A stretch of DNA of 63,979 nucleotides, filler included, from Octopus bimaculoides (taxonomy: Eukaryota): assembly GCF_001194135.2 (NCBI RefSeq). It is 7 parts of 7 records of this genome, joined end to end, with 100 filler letters (N's around TTAATTAATTAA, not from the genome) between each part and the next. Parts side by side here need not be neighbours in the genome. Positions count along the whole stretch, not along the records: positions 1 to 29,985 come from NC_068982.1; 6 more parts are not named here. One strand, written 5' to 3'. Below, one piece after another: positions 1-12,561 of the stretch; the stretch's first letter is position 1; each line of letters starts with the position of its first letter. A program made the position numbers and the translations under genes. A model generated the notes under the pieces. The model saw nothing but the letters and a program-made list of their open reading frames with translations. It was not told where the DNA came from and ran no database searches.

Positions 1-41
<41 letters not shown>

Positions 42-370
42 CATATACATGCACGTATGTATGCACTCGTATGTGTGCTTGAATGTAAGTTGTTACACTG
101 TATATATATATGCATAAATATAGACACTTCGACACATATAGCAAGAGACATCGGCAGAAGCATACATACACAGTTATTTTAAAACATGTACTTCATATAG
201 CTATGATTTACTCTTGTCATTTGACAATTGATTATATCCAACTGATTTTATTTCAGATTTTCTTTCATTTCTTTTCTAGTGAAAGTTTCAAATGATTATT
301 TATGTTTGTTTCAGAATTATTCTTTCCATTTCAAAGTAGTCTTCTTCAATGAAATCCGAGTAACTTATTT

Positions 371-497
371 CTACCGTTGTGTCATAAATTGCACAACATA
401 ATCACCAATAGTAAAATGTTTCTGAAAGTCTGTAGGATAGAAACGAGCAGTTATATTATACTGGATATCAATGGGAAAATGTAACCTGCAGCAATTC
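371..497 (-). other. Candidate orphan coding exon (unidentified)
   Basis: Acceptor cctgttttcag on the minus strand, followed by an open frame [41 protein letters not shown]. No family recognised; could be chance. Confidence 0.22.
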
Positions 498-669
498 CTG
501 AAAACAGGTGCACGTACACACACGCACATTTACACACACACACAGAGACACACATACACACACATACACACACACACTGACAACCCCACCTCCACAGATG
601 CACACACACTTACGCATGCGCGCACACACACACATGCACACACACACACACACACACACACATTTCTGG

Positions 670-745
670 TTTCGAATTACATGGTTCCGAGTTTAGTCCC
701 ACTGTGTGGCACCTTCGGCAAGAATCTACTAGATCCTTGTGCCTT
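670..745 (-). mobile_element. tRNA-derived SINE head (family C of this window)
   Basis: Similar to the heads at 34815, 44000 and 49340 (cagtcccactg...ggcaccttgggcaag motif). Confidence 0.55.
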
Positions 746-794
746 GATTATATAATCTAAAAGAATTTCTTCGTATACACACAGACACACACGT

Positions 795-860
<66 letters not shown>

Positions 861-939
861 GTAAGCATGTATGTATATATGTATGTATCTATCTATCTGG
901 ATTACATGTTACCAGTAGCACTTATGAGAGCCTCATAAG

Positions 940-1340
940 TGATCTGTTGCATGGTCGGGTTGCCGGCGACTAAACTGGCACTCCCACCAGGCTATCCTGG
1001 TGAGGAGGGTTGCTAGAAACCCAGCAGGTCGGATGAACCTAGTGAAGGCTCAACGGCTATCTATCAATAGCACGGTTACGCAGAAATTGCGGGATGGTGC
1101 CCGGCGTGCTGAAAGACCACTGGGATTGAGGCCCCCTTCAGCTTTTGTTGAAGCATGTTTCTAGGAGAAGGTCACTCTGATATAAAACCGTATATGCATG
1201 GAATGGCATTCGATCTTTGGTTTATGCTAGAGATCATGGCGCTCCCACATACCCGAGCCTGCGACTCACACTAGCACCAGACCTCTTGCATTGGCTTGTC
1301 TTTGGATAATTTCAATAAAGTGGAAAGGGTCTATGAGGTG
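940..1340. mobile_element. Interspersed repeat, probably an RTE-like LINE 5' fragment
   Basis: GC-richer block. The segment gttgcatggtcgggt..ggcgactaaactggca..ccaccaggct..ggtgaggagggt recurs at ~52640-52710. RTE assignment is from recalled similarity only. Confidence 0.45.
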
Positions 1341-1622
1341 TTGTACAAGCCTTATTTATTACTTCTGTTAAATGATGATAAAAGAGTATTTATACATTTT
1401 TTATACATATATACATGGGTTTATTTTTAATTGGGTCGAAGTTACAAAAGATACTCAATTGCAGAGAGTTTTGCGCAATACATTTTTGAAATTTATGAAG
1501 TTTTCAATGATGGCCTATTTGCACCAAGCCTGAAAATAGGTGTGTGTGTGCGTGTGTGTGTCTGTGTGTGTTTGCAACACAGGCGAGAGAAGGTTTAAGA
1601 AATATATTAGTCTAATATTTGT

Positions 1623-1860
1623 TTCTTATTTCTTTACTTCCCACAAGGGGCTACACACAGAGGAGACAAATAAGGACAGACAAACGGATTAAGTTAATTA
1701 TATCGACCCCAGTGCGTAACTGGTAATTATTTAATCGTCCGCCGAAAGGATGAAAGGCAAAGTCGACCTCGGCAGAATTTGAAATCAGAACGTAGCGGCA
1801 GAAGAAATATCGCTAAGTATTTCACCCGGCCTGCTAACGTTCCTGCCAACTCGCTGCCTT
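1623..1860 (-). mobile_element. tRNA-derived SINE (family A), full length with 13-bp TSD
   Basis: Matches the family A copies at 30821 and 62817. GTCTAATATTTGT is directly repeated at 1610-1622 and 1861-1873. Confidence 0.85.
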
Positions 1861-2178
1861 GTCTAATATTTGTATGTATATTGTATTCATCTGCTTGTCT
1901 GTCTGTCTGTCTGTCTGTCTCTCTATATGTATATGTATGCACACACACAAATATATATATATATACATACATATTTATATATGTACCTGTATATGGTTGT
2001 ATATAGGTATATACATACTCATATGTGTGATAGCACTTTAAGTTGATAAATATCAAAATATCACTCTTAGATGAACAAGTATTGAACTAACTGGTTTCGT
2101 GTGCATTAACTCTGTTATATGTGTGTGACCATGTGAGCGCTTGTTTGTTATATATATATATATTGTGTGTGTGTGTGT

Positions 2179-2223
<45 letters not shown>

Positions 2224-4699
2224 TATGTGTGTGCGTGTAAACCTATGCATGTTTATGTGTTTGAAAATGCGTCTGATGTTTTGTTTGCGAGGTGTAAATA
2301 ATATAGTTTGATGCTGTTTTTGTTACTTGAAAAGACAATATACTGAATACATATCCACAGTTCTTTAGCGTCTGTATCTCCATACATGTTATATTTTCCC
2401 GCTCTATTTAAGAGTTTGAAAACAAGACTTTGAAGTGAATTCTTTCATCGTTGTTGACGCAAAAAATAAAATGTCTGTGTGTCATATGTTGCGTGACGTT
2501 AACCGTGCTCTGTTGTTTTACCTGAAAAGATGAAGAGAAAATGTCATACTGTGTCTGAAAGTCAAGATTAGCTCTATCTTTCTTTTCATTATCGGTGTGA
2601 GTTGACTTAGGATAAAATTTGTTTCAGTCTAAAACAAATTGCACTGTTTTGAACAATTATTCCATTAGATGACTGTCTCCAATATAAACCATATATTGGC
2701 GGCATAATCACTGCTTTTCTTTTTCGACTAATATGCTTCGGGCGCGATGTTTTGTTTTCTTTATAAGAGCGTTTGAAATATATCATGTGCTGTTATTATC
2801 AGCACATAAATTGGCGTATCTTTTATGCTACTGTAAGGAACAACGGCCGGACACAATTTGCAGTTGCTTGTGTACTCATTATTCAAAAGAGACAACTAAG
2901 TGTTTCAACAATTATAGATATTTCTATCTGGCTTTCATTGCCTTGAATGATTCAGTGTTTATGCACCGAAATGATTTTCTTTGCAGAATAGTTTGTGAGG
3001 TATCATGCTTTTATATTGGTCTTCTTGTTTTATTTATAATGTTTGTTGTGTTCGAGATGGTTTTGATTAAGGTAGTGTCTGTTTTTCCACACAAGATATA
3101 ACATTCTTTGTAAATGGTGTATTGAAATAGTATTTTTTGCTATAGATGTCTTCCTGAGTTGTTGTTGTTGTGTAACCATAGAGAAACATATGGCACAACA
3201 GTTAATTTCGCTTTACAATCCTGAGATGTACAAGCAGATTCCACTGCATGCAGCTTTGTTCAAATGTCATTTTTTATAACATCGAGTCGCACCATGCCAT
3301 GTGCAAGAAATTGGGCATGCTAAACGCTGATAGTTGTTGCGATTTATATAAACTTTACACTAATCTGTGGAACGGTGAGCCGTTTACACATTAAATGTAG
3401 GAGATAATCCTGCAGATGAGACAAATGGAAACTCTTTGCCGAACGACGGGGTAGCATGTTTTTGCATTATAACACTGCGTGCAGAATTTTGAATTTGAAA
3501 ATATGGTCAATACAGAGATGTTAGAAATCAGTAACTTTTATAGAGGTGTGGCCAATTTTCATAATATTTTGTCTGGCACCGGTTCACAAGTAACATTTAA
3601 TTAGCTGTTATCTGTGGATTCACAAACCATCTACGTGCAGTAATACAATTCGCTACCACCTGAGCAATATGTTTTCTCAAACCGGCTAAATCAGAATGAG
3701 AGCAACAACTGCTTTTTAACACTCTGTACATACTCATCTAGATTGCACTGTAATCCACGTCTAGTACAAGTTAAGATTCAAACGTTTTGGAACTACATCA
3801 CACTGCAGAATTACGGGTATAAATTACGAAGAAATACTGCCGCTTTTTTATTGTCCCTACATATAAGGCCACATGTAACGTATAGTATTGTTAGAAGACA
3901 TCTTGACTTTTCAGTTATCCGCCTGGCAGCGTTATCCGGTTATGGCTTTCTTGAAGAAGGATTGGTTGTGTAGCCTTCACCATTAAAAAAAAACTAATAT
4001 ATAGCATAATTTACTGGTAGTTACTGATAAACAACTAACAGTCTGATCACACAAGTTCTTTATAAATTTGAAAATATCCCAAATTTGGTAACCTGCCATA
4101 ATAATCACCATATTTGTAAGAGTAGTAGACTCATACTAGACTCATAGAGTTGTTGAGATATATCGTAAAAGCTAATACCTCTGATAGCTTGTGATTTTCT
4201 CAGCGAAAACAGGCTCATGACATTAGATTATTTCTGTCATATATGGAATGACCAGTTAATATACACGTAGAAATGTGGCAAGCTGCATCAGAATATAACA
4301 TCTAGTAAGTTGAAAAAATTCTATTTTGTAAAGAACAAGAACAGACTAGTTTTGGTCTGTAACAATATGAGGAAAATAAAAGCATACAATTAATCAAATT
4401 CGAAAATCAGTTTCTGTGTTGTTAGATGTGAGTTATATATATATATATAATTTGGTTTGAGCTCTTCAATTAAAGAAATGAAGATTTAAAGCGCTTTAAC
4501 AATGATTTCTTTACTCACATTCATTCACATGAGATTGGTACTATCTTAACGCTGCCATAAAAATATAAGAAAATACAGACTTAGTGGAGCAAAATTCCGC
4601 ATTCAAGTGCTGCTCTTATAGATGGTGTGCTACTTATCCGAAAGTCTCCCTCCATTTTGGGAAAGAAAACCATTCTTTTAATTGGCAATGTCTTCCCTA

Positions 4700-5291
4700 T
4701 TTATGACAACCTCTTTCTCACAACTTAGATGACGAGCCTCGTCCTAGAAGATCTGTAGGTCTTGGCGAGGACGTTCTGCAAACCTTATGAAGCAAAATCC
4801 CATCATAACCGCTGAGGAACTAGCAGAGAAGCTTGGATATGGTCATTCAACCAGTCATTCAAGTCATCACTAGAAGAAAAGCAGCCATCTTTGGTTTGAA
4901 GATGAAAGATGGTCTCCCATCAGGATAATGTTCGGTCACATACAACGAAGATGATATTCCAAAGACTGGAGCAGTTTGAATGGGAAACTCTGGCTACCAT
5001 ATTCGCCGAACATTGATCCATCTCAATATCATTTATTCCACAGTCTTCAAAATCATTTGGAGGACAAAAATATGAATTCTGTAGATGAGGTGAGAACAGT
5101 ACTGGAGGGGTATTTTTCTTCATAGACAAGTGAATATTGGAAGAGGGGCCGTGTAAGTCTACCAGATAGATGGAAGAGTATTGTACAAAATGAAGGAAAG
5201 TATATTTTAGATTAAAAATGAACTTTGTTTATCTTTATTTTGAAAATAAAAGAACTATAAAAAACCACATTGTTTATGGGATGACCCAATA
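4700..5291 (+). mobile_element. Internally deleted mariner transposon relic
   Basis: Fragments DDEPRP..EDVLQT, ELAEKLGYGHST, LEQFEWETL, YHLFHSLQNHL, LPDRWKSIVQNEGKYILD*. The 3' end TIR-like ..ttatgggatgacccaa is followed by TA. Confidence 0.85.
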
Positions 5292-7334
5292 TATGTATGT
5301 ATATTTATATATGTGTGTAATTGTAAGTCAGAGTGTATGTATGTCTTGAGATGGGGATGAAACTTACAGTAAGGCATACCATGCCAATACCCCGATAGAA
5401 TGATATACTAGACAGCTTAGTCTGTGCCCAGAGCTGGAATATATATATAAATATCTTGGAGACTATCTCGTTGAAATCCTGTTAATTTTAACTTAACTCT
5501 GATTTGACTGTAAATAGCTCATTCGTTTCCATATGCAACTCACTGGCTGTTGAATATTTATTCATGCAAATGGTTTAAATTATTAAACATTATCGTTTCT
5601 TCTTCATTGGCTTAAGCTTCTGACGGAGATACCAAATATCAAAACGCTAATTTTTCCTTAGTATGATGAATTGTGTTGCTTGAAAATTTGGAATTTTATA
5701 GGTTTAACTTGAAATTATCAATATAATATCCCCCGGTAATTTTTTTTTTAATTCACAAATAAAATATATTTTTGCATTCATTAAATAAAAACAATATCAT
5801 TATTTTAAATGTATTTCGTAAATTTTCCGTTCTATCTTCAACTTTTAAAATACTGCAACGTTTCAAATTAATCTTCAAATTTCACACTAAATAAGGCGTT
5901 TATATATTGTGTAATTTCTCATGGGAATGTTGAAGTTGAAATCATTCACAGATTATAAATTTCCCTTGATGATACGATCGAAACTTAGCTGCTGAGTTTA
6001 ATATGCTTCCGTATTAAGCTATTAAGTAGTAAGTCGACAGACGATGATAGAGTGCAAAATTTAAGTTGTCGTTGTAATAATTCAGGGATAATGATGAAAT
6101 ATGGAATTATTATAATAACATAGAGTACAATGTTACAATAACATGAGAATACATAAATGAACAGGCAGCATCTAGATAATTATTTAGTTGGTGAGAAACG
6201 AAGTCTTCTGTCTTGTCAAAATTGTAAGTATTATAACTGCGTCGGAGAAAGGATGTACGTATTTAGGGCATTTTTAAAATTAAAACTATATATATTGTGT
6301 ACAATTAAGTACCGATATATATATATATATTAAAATGTGTTGCATATATATATATATATATATATATATGTATAATTGCCTGAACGATATTTATGGAACA
6401 TATTAAAATAAGAAAACTACTTATTTGGCTACATATGTACAGAAAATGAAGCCGAGTTGGGAATAGATTAATGTGGAGTTGCCATATACTCTAGAGCTGT
6501 GTCGCTGATAGGATTTAGCCGAACGTTTTATATATTTCATTTGCATTATCTTATACGGTTGATATATTAAAGCTGTTTTAACTATCGGGGGGAAACGTTT
6601 TCTTTGTTGTTTGCATTTCCTTTTGGTTTGTGAAATTACAAGCAACCAATGCCTATATACAGCAAAAGCAATGTATATATGAAACATCTTCTTCAAGATT
6701 AATATATATTATACATACCGTATTATGTATCTTGATGAGATATTTCTATTCTATGTATACACAGGACAACGAACATCAATGATAACTATGATGTATGTAT
6801 AAAATTATGCAAACCCCTACAATAATTACCCTTTAAAATTGATCGCATCGGACGTAGTTTTGTTACATTAATAAGTGCAACTTAGTATCTCAAGTCTGTA
6901 GTTCTGTATCAAAGTAAGCTTAAGACAGATGTCTATGTATCTGCTAAGAGAAAATAATGCAGATTAAATATGGAAAGAAGAAATTAGATAAGCCCATACT
7001 ACAGATGCATATCGACGAATTAAAATTCAACATGTTTGTTATATTTCTATAGGACCAACAGAAATAATGAAACCAACAAAAAAGAAAATAGAAAATCACT
7101 TCTAACATTCTATAAAGGAAATTGCCCCCTATAGTTGAGGCTTCCATTCACTGGAGTTGTAAAGTAATATAATTTAGAAAATACAGTATATATTACTGTC
7201 GCACCTGTTACTGAATAATCTCTTTAATGTTAAATCCTTATATGCTTTTAAAATATTACACTCAAAGTTAAATCTCTGATGAGAAACGCATATATTGAGC
7301 ATCTTCTGTTACAAATGCTAATATTCCATAGCGA

Positions 7335-7540
7335 GGTAGTAGAAGCGTTAGTACTCCAGGCAAGATGCTTTGCGGCATTTGTCCTTTTTTACGTTTTGAG
7401 TTCAAATTCTGCCGATGTCGACTTTGCCTTTCATACCTTTAGGGTCGATAAAATAAGTGCCAGTTAAACACTGGGGTCGTTGTAATCGACTTACCCCTTC
7501 CACCCTGAAATTGCTAGCTTTGTGCCAAAATTTGAAATCA
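7335..7540 (+). mobile_element. SINE family A copy
   Basis: gagttcaaattctgccgatgtcgactttgcctttcat core shared with the other copies. Confidence 0.8.
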
Positions 7541-7760
7541 GTTTTTCACGACACTATTAGAAAGAAAGGCATCACTTTATGAAACCCATACATGCCTTAT
7601 ATCAAACACCCCATGAGATAAGGGGTCCTCTGACCTTTCATATCTCATGGGTAATAAAGGTCCACTGACTTTCCATATCATGCAAAATAAAGGAAAAAAG
7701 AATGAATTTAACCAACATTCTACGAATATTGTGATTTTCTTCTGTTCCACTTTTGTACAG

Positions 7761-7792
7761 GTTTCTGCTACTAAGAATTTGTGGTTTCCTCG
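7761..7792 (+). other. Candidate 32-nt internal exon (unidentified gene)
   Basis: Acceptor ccacttttgtacag and donor CG|gtaatt. Open in two frames (VSATKNLWFPR or FLLLRICGFL). Confidence 0.3.
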
Positions 7793-8611
7793 GTAATTTC
7801 AACATACTAACAACAAAATCATTTGATCAAATCACGTGACCGCGTCACATAACCATTTTTGTAACGATAATATACGTTCCTGATTTTGAGCAGAAATACA
7901 TTTCTCTTCGAAACTATATACTCCTTATAAATAAATTTGTAGCGTTACTATCCATATTTCCTTAATAGTTATAGAGTTTATTTCAGAATAACTATTTCCT
8001 GGGCTAAGCCGATCGTGTCTAGATAATCGTTGTCCTCATTTCAACCAACTTTCTATGATAATGATATTTTTCTTCCCGAATTTTCAAAGTAGATCATGGA
8101 TCATGGGAATTTTGTTGTAACTAAAAAACATCACCAAAGTGGAATCAGAAAGGTTAATTCAGATTTATTTTTTGTGACCAGAAACGTTCGATCGTTACAT
8201 GCGTGTAATTTTTACACACACACACACACACANNNNNNNNNNNNNNNNNNNNNNNNNNNNNNNNNNNNNNNNNNNNNNNNNNNNNNNNNNNNNNNNNNNN
8301 NNNNNNNNNNNNNNNNNNNNNNNNNNNNNNNNNNNNNNNNNNNNNNNNNNNNNNNNNNNNNNNNNNNNNNNNNNNNNNNNNNNNNNNNNNNNNNNNNNNN
8401 NNNNNNNNNNNNNNNNNNNNNNNNNNNNNNNNNNNNNNNNNNNNNNNNNNNNNNNNNNNNNNNNNNNNNNNNNNNNNNNNNNNNNNNNNNNNNNNNNNNN
8501 NNNNNNNNNNNNNNNNNNNNNNNNNNNNNNNNNNNNNNNNNNNNNNNNNNNNNNNNNNNNNNNNNNNNNNNNNNNNNNNNNNNNNNNNNNNNNNNNNNNN
8601 NNNNNNNNNNN

Positions 8612-8651
<40 letters not shown>

Positions 8652-10228
8652 AAATGTAAGTGGATTAAACGACAGAATCAGGGACCATGTTCACAAATTT
8701 CTTCATCTGCATGTATGAATATATCTATATTCAAATAAACAATGAAAACAGTTTTACGAGTAACGTGTAATGTTTCCATTTTTAAACATTTATCTAGATA
8801 TCCTTTATATAGCAATGAAAGGATATTTATGAAAAATACGCACGCAGACACGCACTCACAAATATATGCACACACGTACACGCACTCGCGCACAAGCACA
8901 CGCAAACATATACATACATTAACTGATACAATAATACATATGTGTCTACGCTTTCTTTTACATATATTTTCACATATGCCAGGCAATGTATACCCCTCTT
9001 TTCGTAATGGTACTTCAAAATACAGTATTGCACATTAGTTACGTAGCAAATGTTACAAGGACGCACATCTACGCGGGATAAAATGTATATCAAAATTAAT
9101 AGATCTAAACTTGCATTTAGTCTCGTTGGTGCACATAGATTTAGTCCAAACTCTGCTACTAGTATCTAACAAACTACATATAACATATTTTCTAAAACAT
9201 TGCCCGAATTCAACTCGAAACATATTTTTCCTTATGTTACCTCTTTTCATTCTTTCATACTTTTACTTTCTAATAACCGAATATTTTATGTATTTTCTGT
9301 TAACTTCTTTTTCCATTTAATTTTCTACTGTGTATATAGCGTGTTTATTCACCAACTTCAAACACTGTTGCAGCAATATCACACACACACACACATACAC
9401 ACACGCACACAGAGAAACACGTGTATGTCTATAAATAAATAAATAAATTACATAATTATACAAATGATGTTACGTACAATTATTGAAAAAACATCAAATA
9501 TATTCATGTGCATGGATATATATGCATGTGTGTGCGTGTGTGTGTGTGTGCGTGCGTTCGTACATACATCCAAGCATATATATTTATCTCCGTGTGTGTC
9601 TTTATATTGTATGATCGATTCAGGAAGTGCTAAAAAAATATATTCAAATTTCATTTGTTTAAAATATTCTGACAAAATATTCCCTATCCAATAATCCATT
9701 CTCTAGTGAGTTTATCCAATAAATAACCAGTATTAATATTGATTGTCTCCCTCGGTTTTTCTTTAGCAATTGTCAATGATTTGTATGCAGTTGCCGACCA
9801 CTCGTGACCAGAAAGTGTAGTAACCAAATTTGCTAGAGTATTGTATTCCTAAATGCAAGTTGGTAGTCAGTTTTTAAGCTTATTCTGGATAGTTGTATTG
9901 ATATAAACGATATATTTAGTTATGCTAGCCACAAACACCACATTCGGTGAAAACAAACTGTTATTTCTTTTCTTTGATGCTGTACACTTCTCGTTTCTTT
10001 TTGTTTGTTACAGATTATTTTTCCGGCGTTGAATTCTGTATCACAAGGTTATCTCAGTAGACCTCAAGTGTGTCTAATGTATATTTGCTTGAATGTGAGT
10101 TCTTGCATTTCTCTCTGTATTTTTCTAAATATTTCTGAATACGTATACATGTTATGAATATATATTTTATTTATGTGTGTATGCATCATTGTACACGGAA
10201 ATAAACTAGTTAACTTTTTCTATTCCAG

Positions 10229-10319
10229 GTTTCGTAGATGTCCATCATTCCATTTCGTGGGAGTAATCGCAAATTTAGACAATCGGTTGAAGCAAAGTAT
10301 ATATCAAGAATTCACATAG
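10229..10319 (+). other. Candidate terminal exon (unidentified gene)
   Basis: Acceptor actttttctattccag. Joins in frame to 7761-7792, giving ..LWFPRFRRCPSFHFVGVIANLDNRLKQSIYQEFT* or ..CGFLGFVDVHHSISWE*. Confidence 0.28.
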
Positions 10320-10487
10320 GCAGTGACCATAGCCAATATGTCCAATACCCAACTATCAAATGTTGTCCTGTAACTGCGAAACAGTCATATGGTATTGAAC
10401 TCTGTATCTCAGACAACACACACAAACACATACATATATACACATATACATACATGCATACTTACATACATACATACATACATACAT

Positions 10488-11164
10488 AAAAAATGTCATC
10501 ACGGTATTACCTACCTTTGAGACATGATGTTGTAGCCAAGACACTGTACAATGAAATCCGCCGACAGGATAACCCCGGGGCTAAGGAGTTGAAAACCTAT
10601 AATGAGGTAGAGGCCATTACCACTCACAATATGAAAGAGTATTGGTGGAATGTCCCAATAAAAACCTCAATAAAGTGCAGACATAATAGACCGGATATAG
10701 TAATCTGGGACAGAGAAGAGAAACTCTGTACAGTAGTAGAAATCAGCTGTCCTGCGGATGTCAACATCCCACTAAAGATTAGAGAAAAAGAGAACAACTA
10801 CGCCGAACTACTGAGAAATTTACAGATACTCCACCCAGACTACAAGTTCAGATTCATACCCGTNNNNNNNNNNAAGGCTGATTAGAAGACTACAGATTCA
10901 AGCCATCAATGGAACTGTAAAGATATGTAAAACTTTCCAAAAATTTAGCACATAAATACATATGCATGCATCTAGACATAAAAACGCATCCATAAAACAA
11001 ACATACAAATCTGCGCATACACTAACACCAAATACTGCACACACACACATATGCACAAATACCTAGATGATGTTGATAAAAGTTCCAATGAAGGAGCCTT
11101 GAATCTATGTTAGAGTCCGGCTCTTTCTCTATCGACAAGAAATACAGAAATGAACTGATTGATA
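10488..11164 (+). mobile_element. 5'-truncated non-LTR retrotransposon, R2-superfamily (R4/Dong-like), restriction-like endonuclease domain
   Basis: ORF 10493-10885 has RHD, NRPDIV, EISCPAD and K..EK...Y motifs of the PD-(D/E)xK endonuclease. Flanked by (TACA)n on both sides. Confidence 0.88.
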
Positions 11165-11551
11165 ACATACATACATACATACATACATACATACATACAT
11201 ACATAAGCGTGAGTGAGTGTGAGTGACCTGTATCCATCTAGAATGCGAAATATATAGTAGATATTAGTTTGAAAGAAGGAGGTACTAGATACATTAGAAC
11301 TATAGGAATTCAAACTGAAATATTTATGCTCACATTATTCACATACCAAGCTCAAGAGAACTTCTTCCTTGCCCTAATGCAATAATCGATTAAGATAAAA
11401 TAAGCCGATAAAAGATTTAGAACTAGAATTGCGATCGGGTTCAAGATAGGCGCCTTGATAACGGACCACTTGGTGTTACGAGTTTAATCCTTGAAAAGTA
11501 TAGATCTTGTCGACTGTAATAGGGGAGATGAGATGGTACATCTTTCATACG

Positions 11552-11692
11552 TGTTATGCAAATAACGTTGATATAAAGAGCATGCGCATTTGACAGGAAG
11601 AGGAAAAGGGAGTACGGCCGTTCGGAATAACGTACAGGACTATGACTAAAAATTGGTTTCTTTGAACCAAGATTTACTGGTTATACATTACA
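11552..11692 (+). repeat. 5' LTR
   Basis: TGTTATGCAA...CATTACA; 13 mismatches to the 3' LTR by manual count. Confidence 0.95.
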
Positions 11693-11773
11693 ATCAATGA
11701 AATTAATTTCTGAAAATACACAATTGGGAAAAGTTGTAGAGCAGTCTATGGAAAAAGAAACTTGTGAAAAGAC

Positions 11774-12560
11774 GTGAACGATATGGAAAGATACTTGAAA
11801 CCTGACAGATTGAATGTAGACCCAAATTCTACAAATGCTGATAAAACTTTTAATCACTGGTTTAGAACTTTCACCAACTTTATAGACTCACTACCAGGGC
11901 AGGAAGATAGGATTATCGATAAACTCAATATTTTGATTAATTATGTGGAACCGAACGTATACAAATTCATCAGTGAAGCTAAGAACTACGAACAAGCTGT
12001 GAATGCACTAAGGAGTGTGTACATTAAACAAAAGAACATCGTAATGGCACGCCATTTTTTAGCCACAAGAAAACAGAAACCAGGGTAATCTCTAGACCAG
12101 TTCTTAAACGAACTCAAAATATTAGCGAAAGACTGTGACTTTGTTGCAGTGAGTGCTGACCAGTACCTGTCTGAAATTATTCGAGATGCATTTATAAATG
12201 GGCTCACTTCGAATTAAATACGACAAAGACTATTAGAAAACAAAAGTGTGATCAAGCATGTTCACTAGATGTGGCACAATAGAGTTCCAGTGTCTTTCTA
12301 AACTCTGAGGGTGTCAACTTCAGTCCAACTGCACCCATTGTAGCTAAGCCAATAGATTTCCCAAAGCAGGAAGGAAGACATTCTGCCGTGATCCGAAAAG
12401 GAGACCCCTCTCAACGTTGGCTTTGTGGCTATCCCAGATAACCGCGGACTCACTGCCCTGCGCGGAAAGCAGTCTATCACAAATGCCAAACAGTAGGACA
12501 TTTTGGAAAACTATGTAGGAGCAACGCAACAACTGTAACACAGGATGATGGTAAACATGA
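11774..12560 (+). pseudogene. Gypsy gag (frameshifts and stops)
   Basis: MERYLKPDRLNVDPNS..FNHWFRTFTNF start. Degenerate zinc knuckle YHKCQTVGHFGKLC near 12475-12520. Confidence 0.85.
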
Positions 12561-12561
12561 T

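Noticed and set aside
7274-7290. CTGATGA-GAAAC as a hammerhead
   Set aside because: No stem II between the boxes and no stem I pairing.
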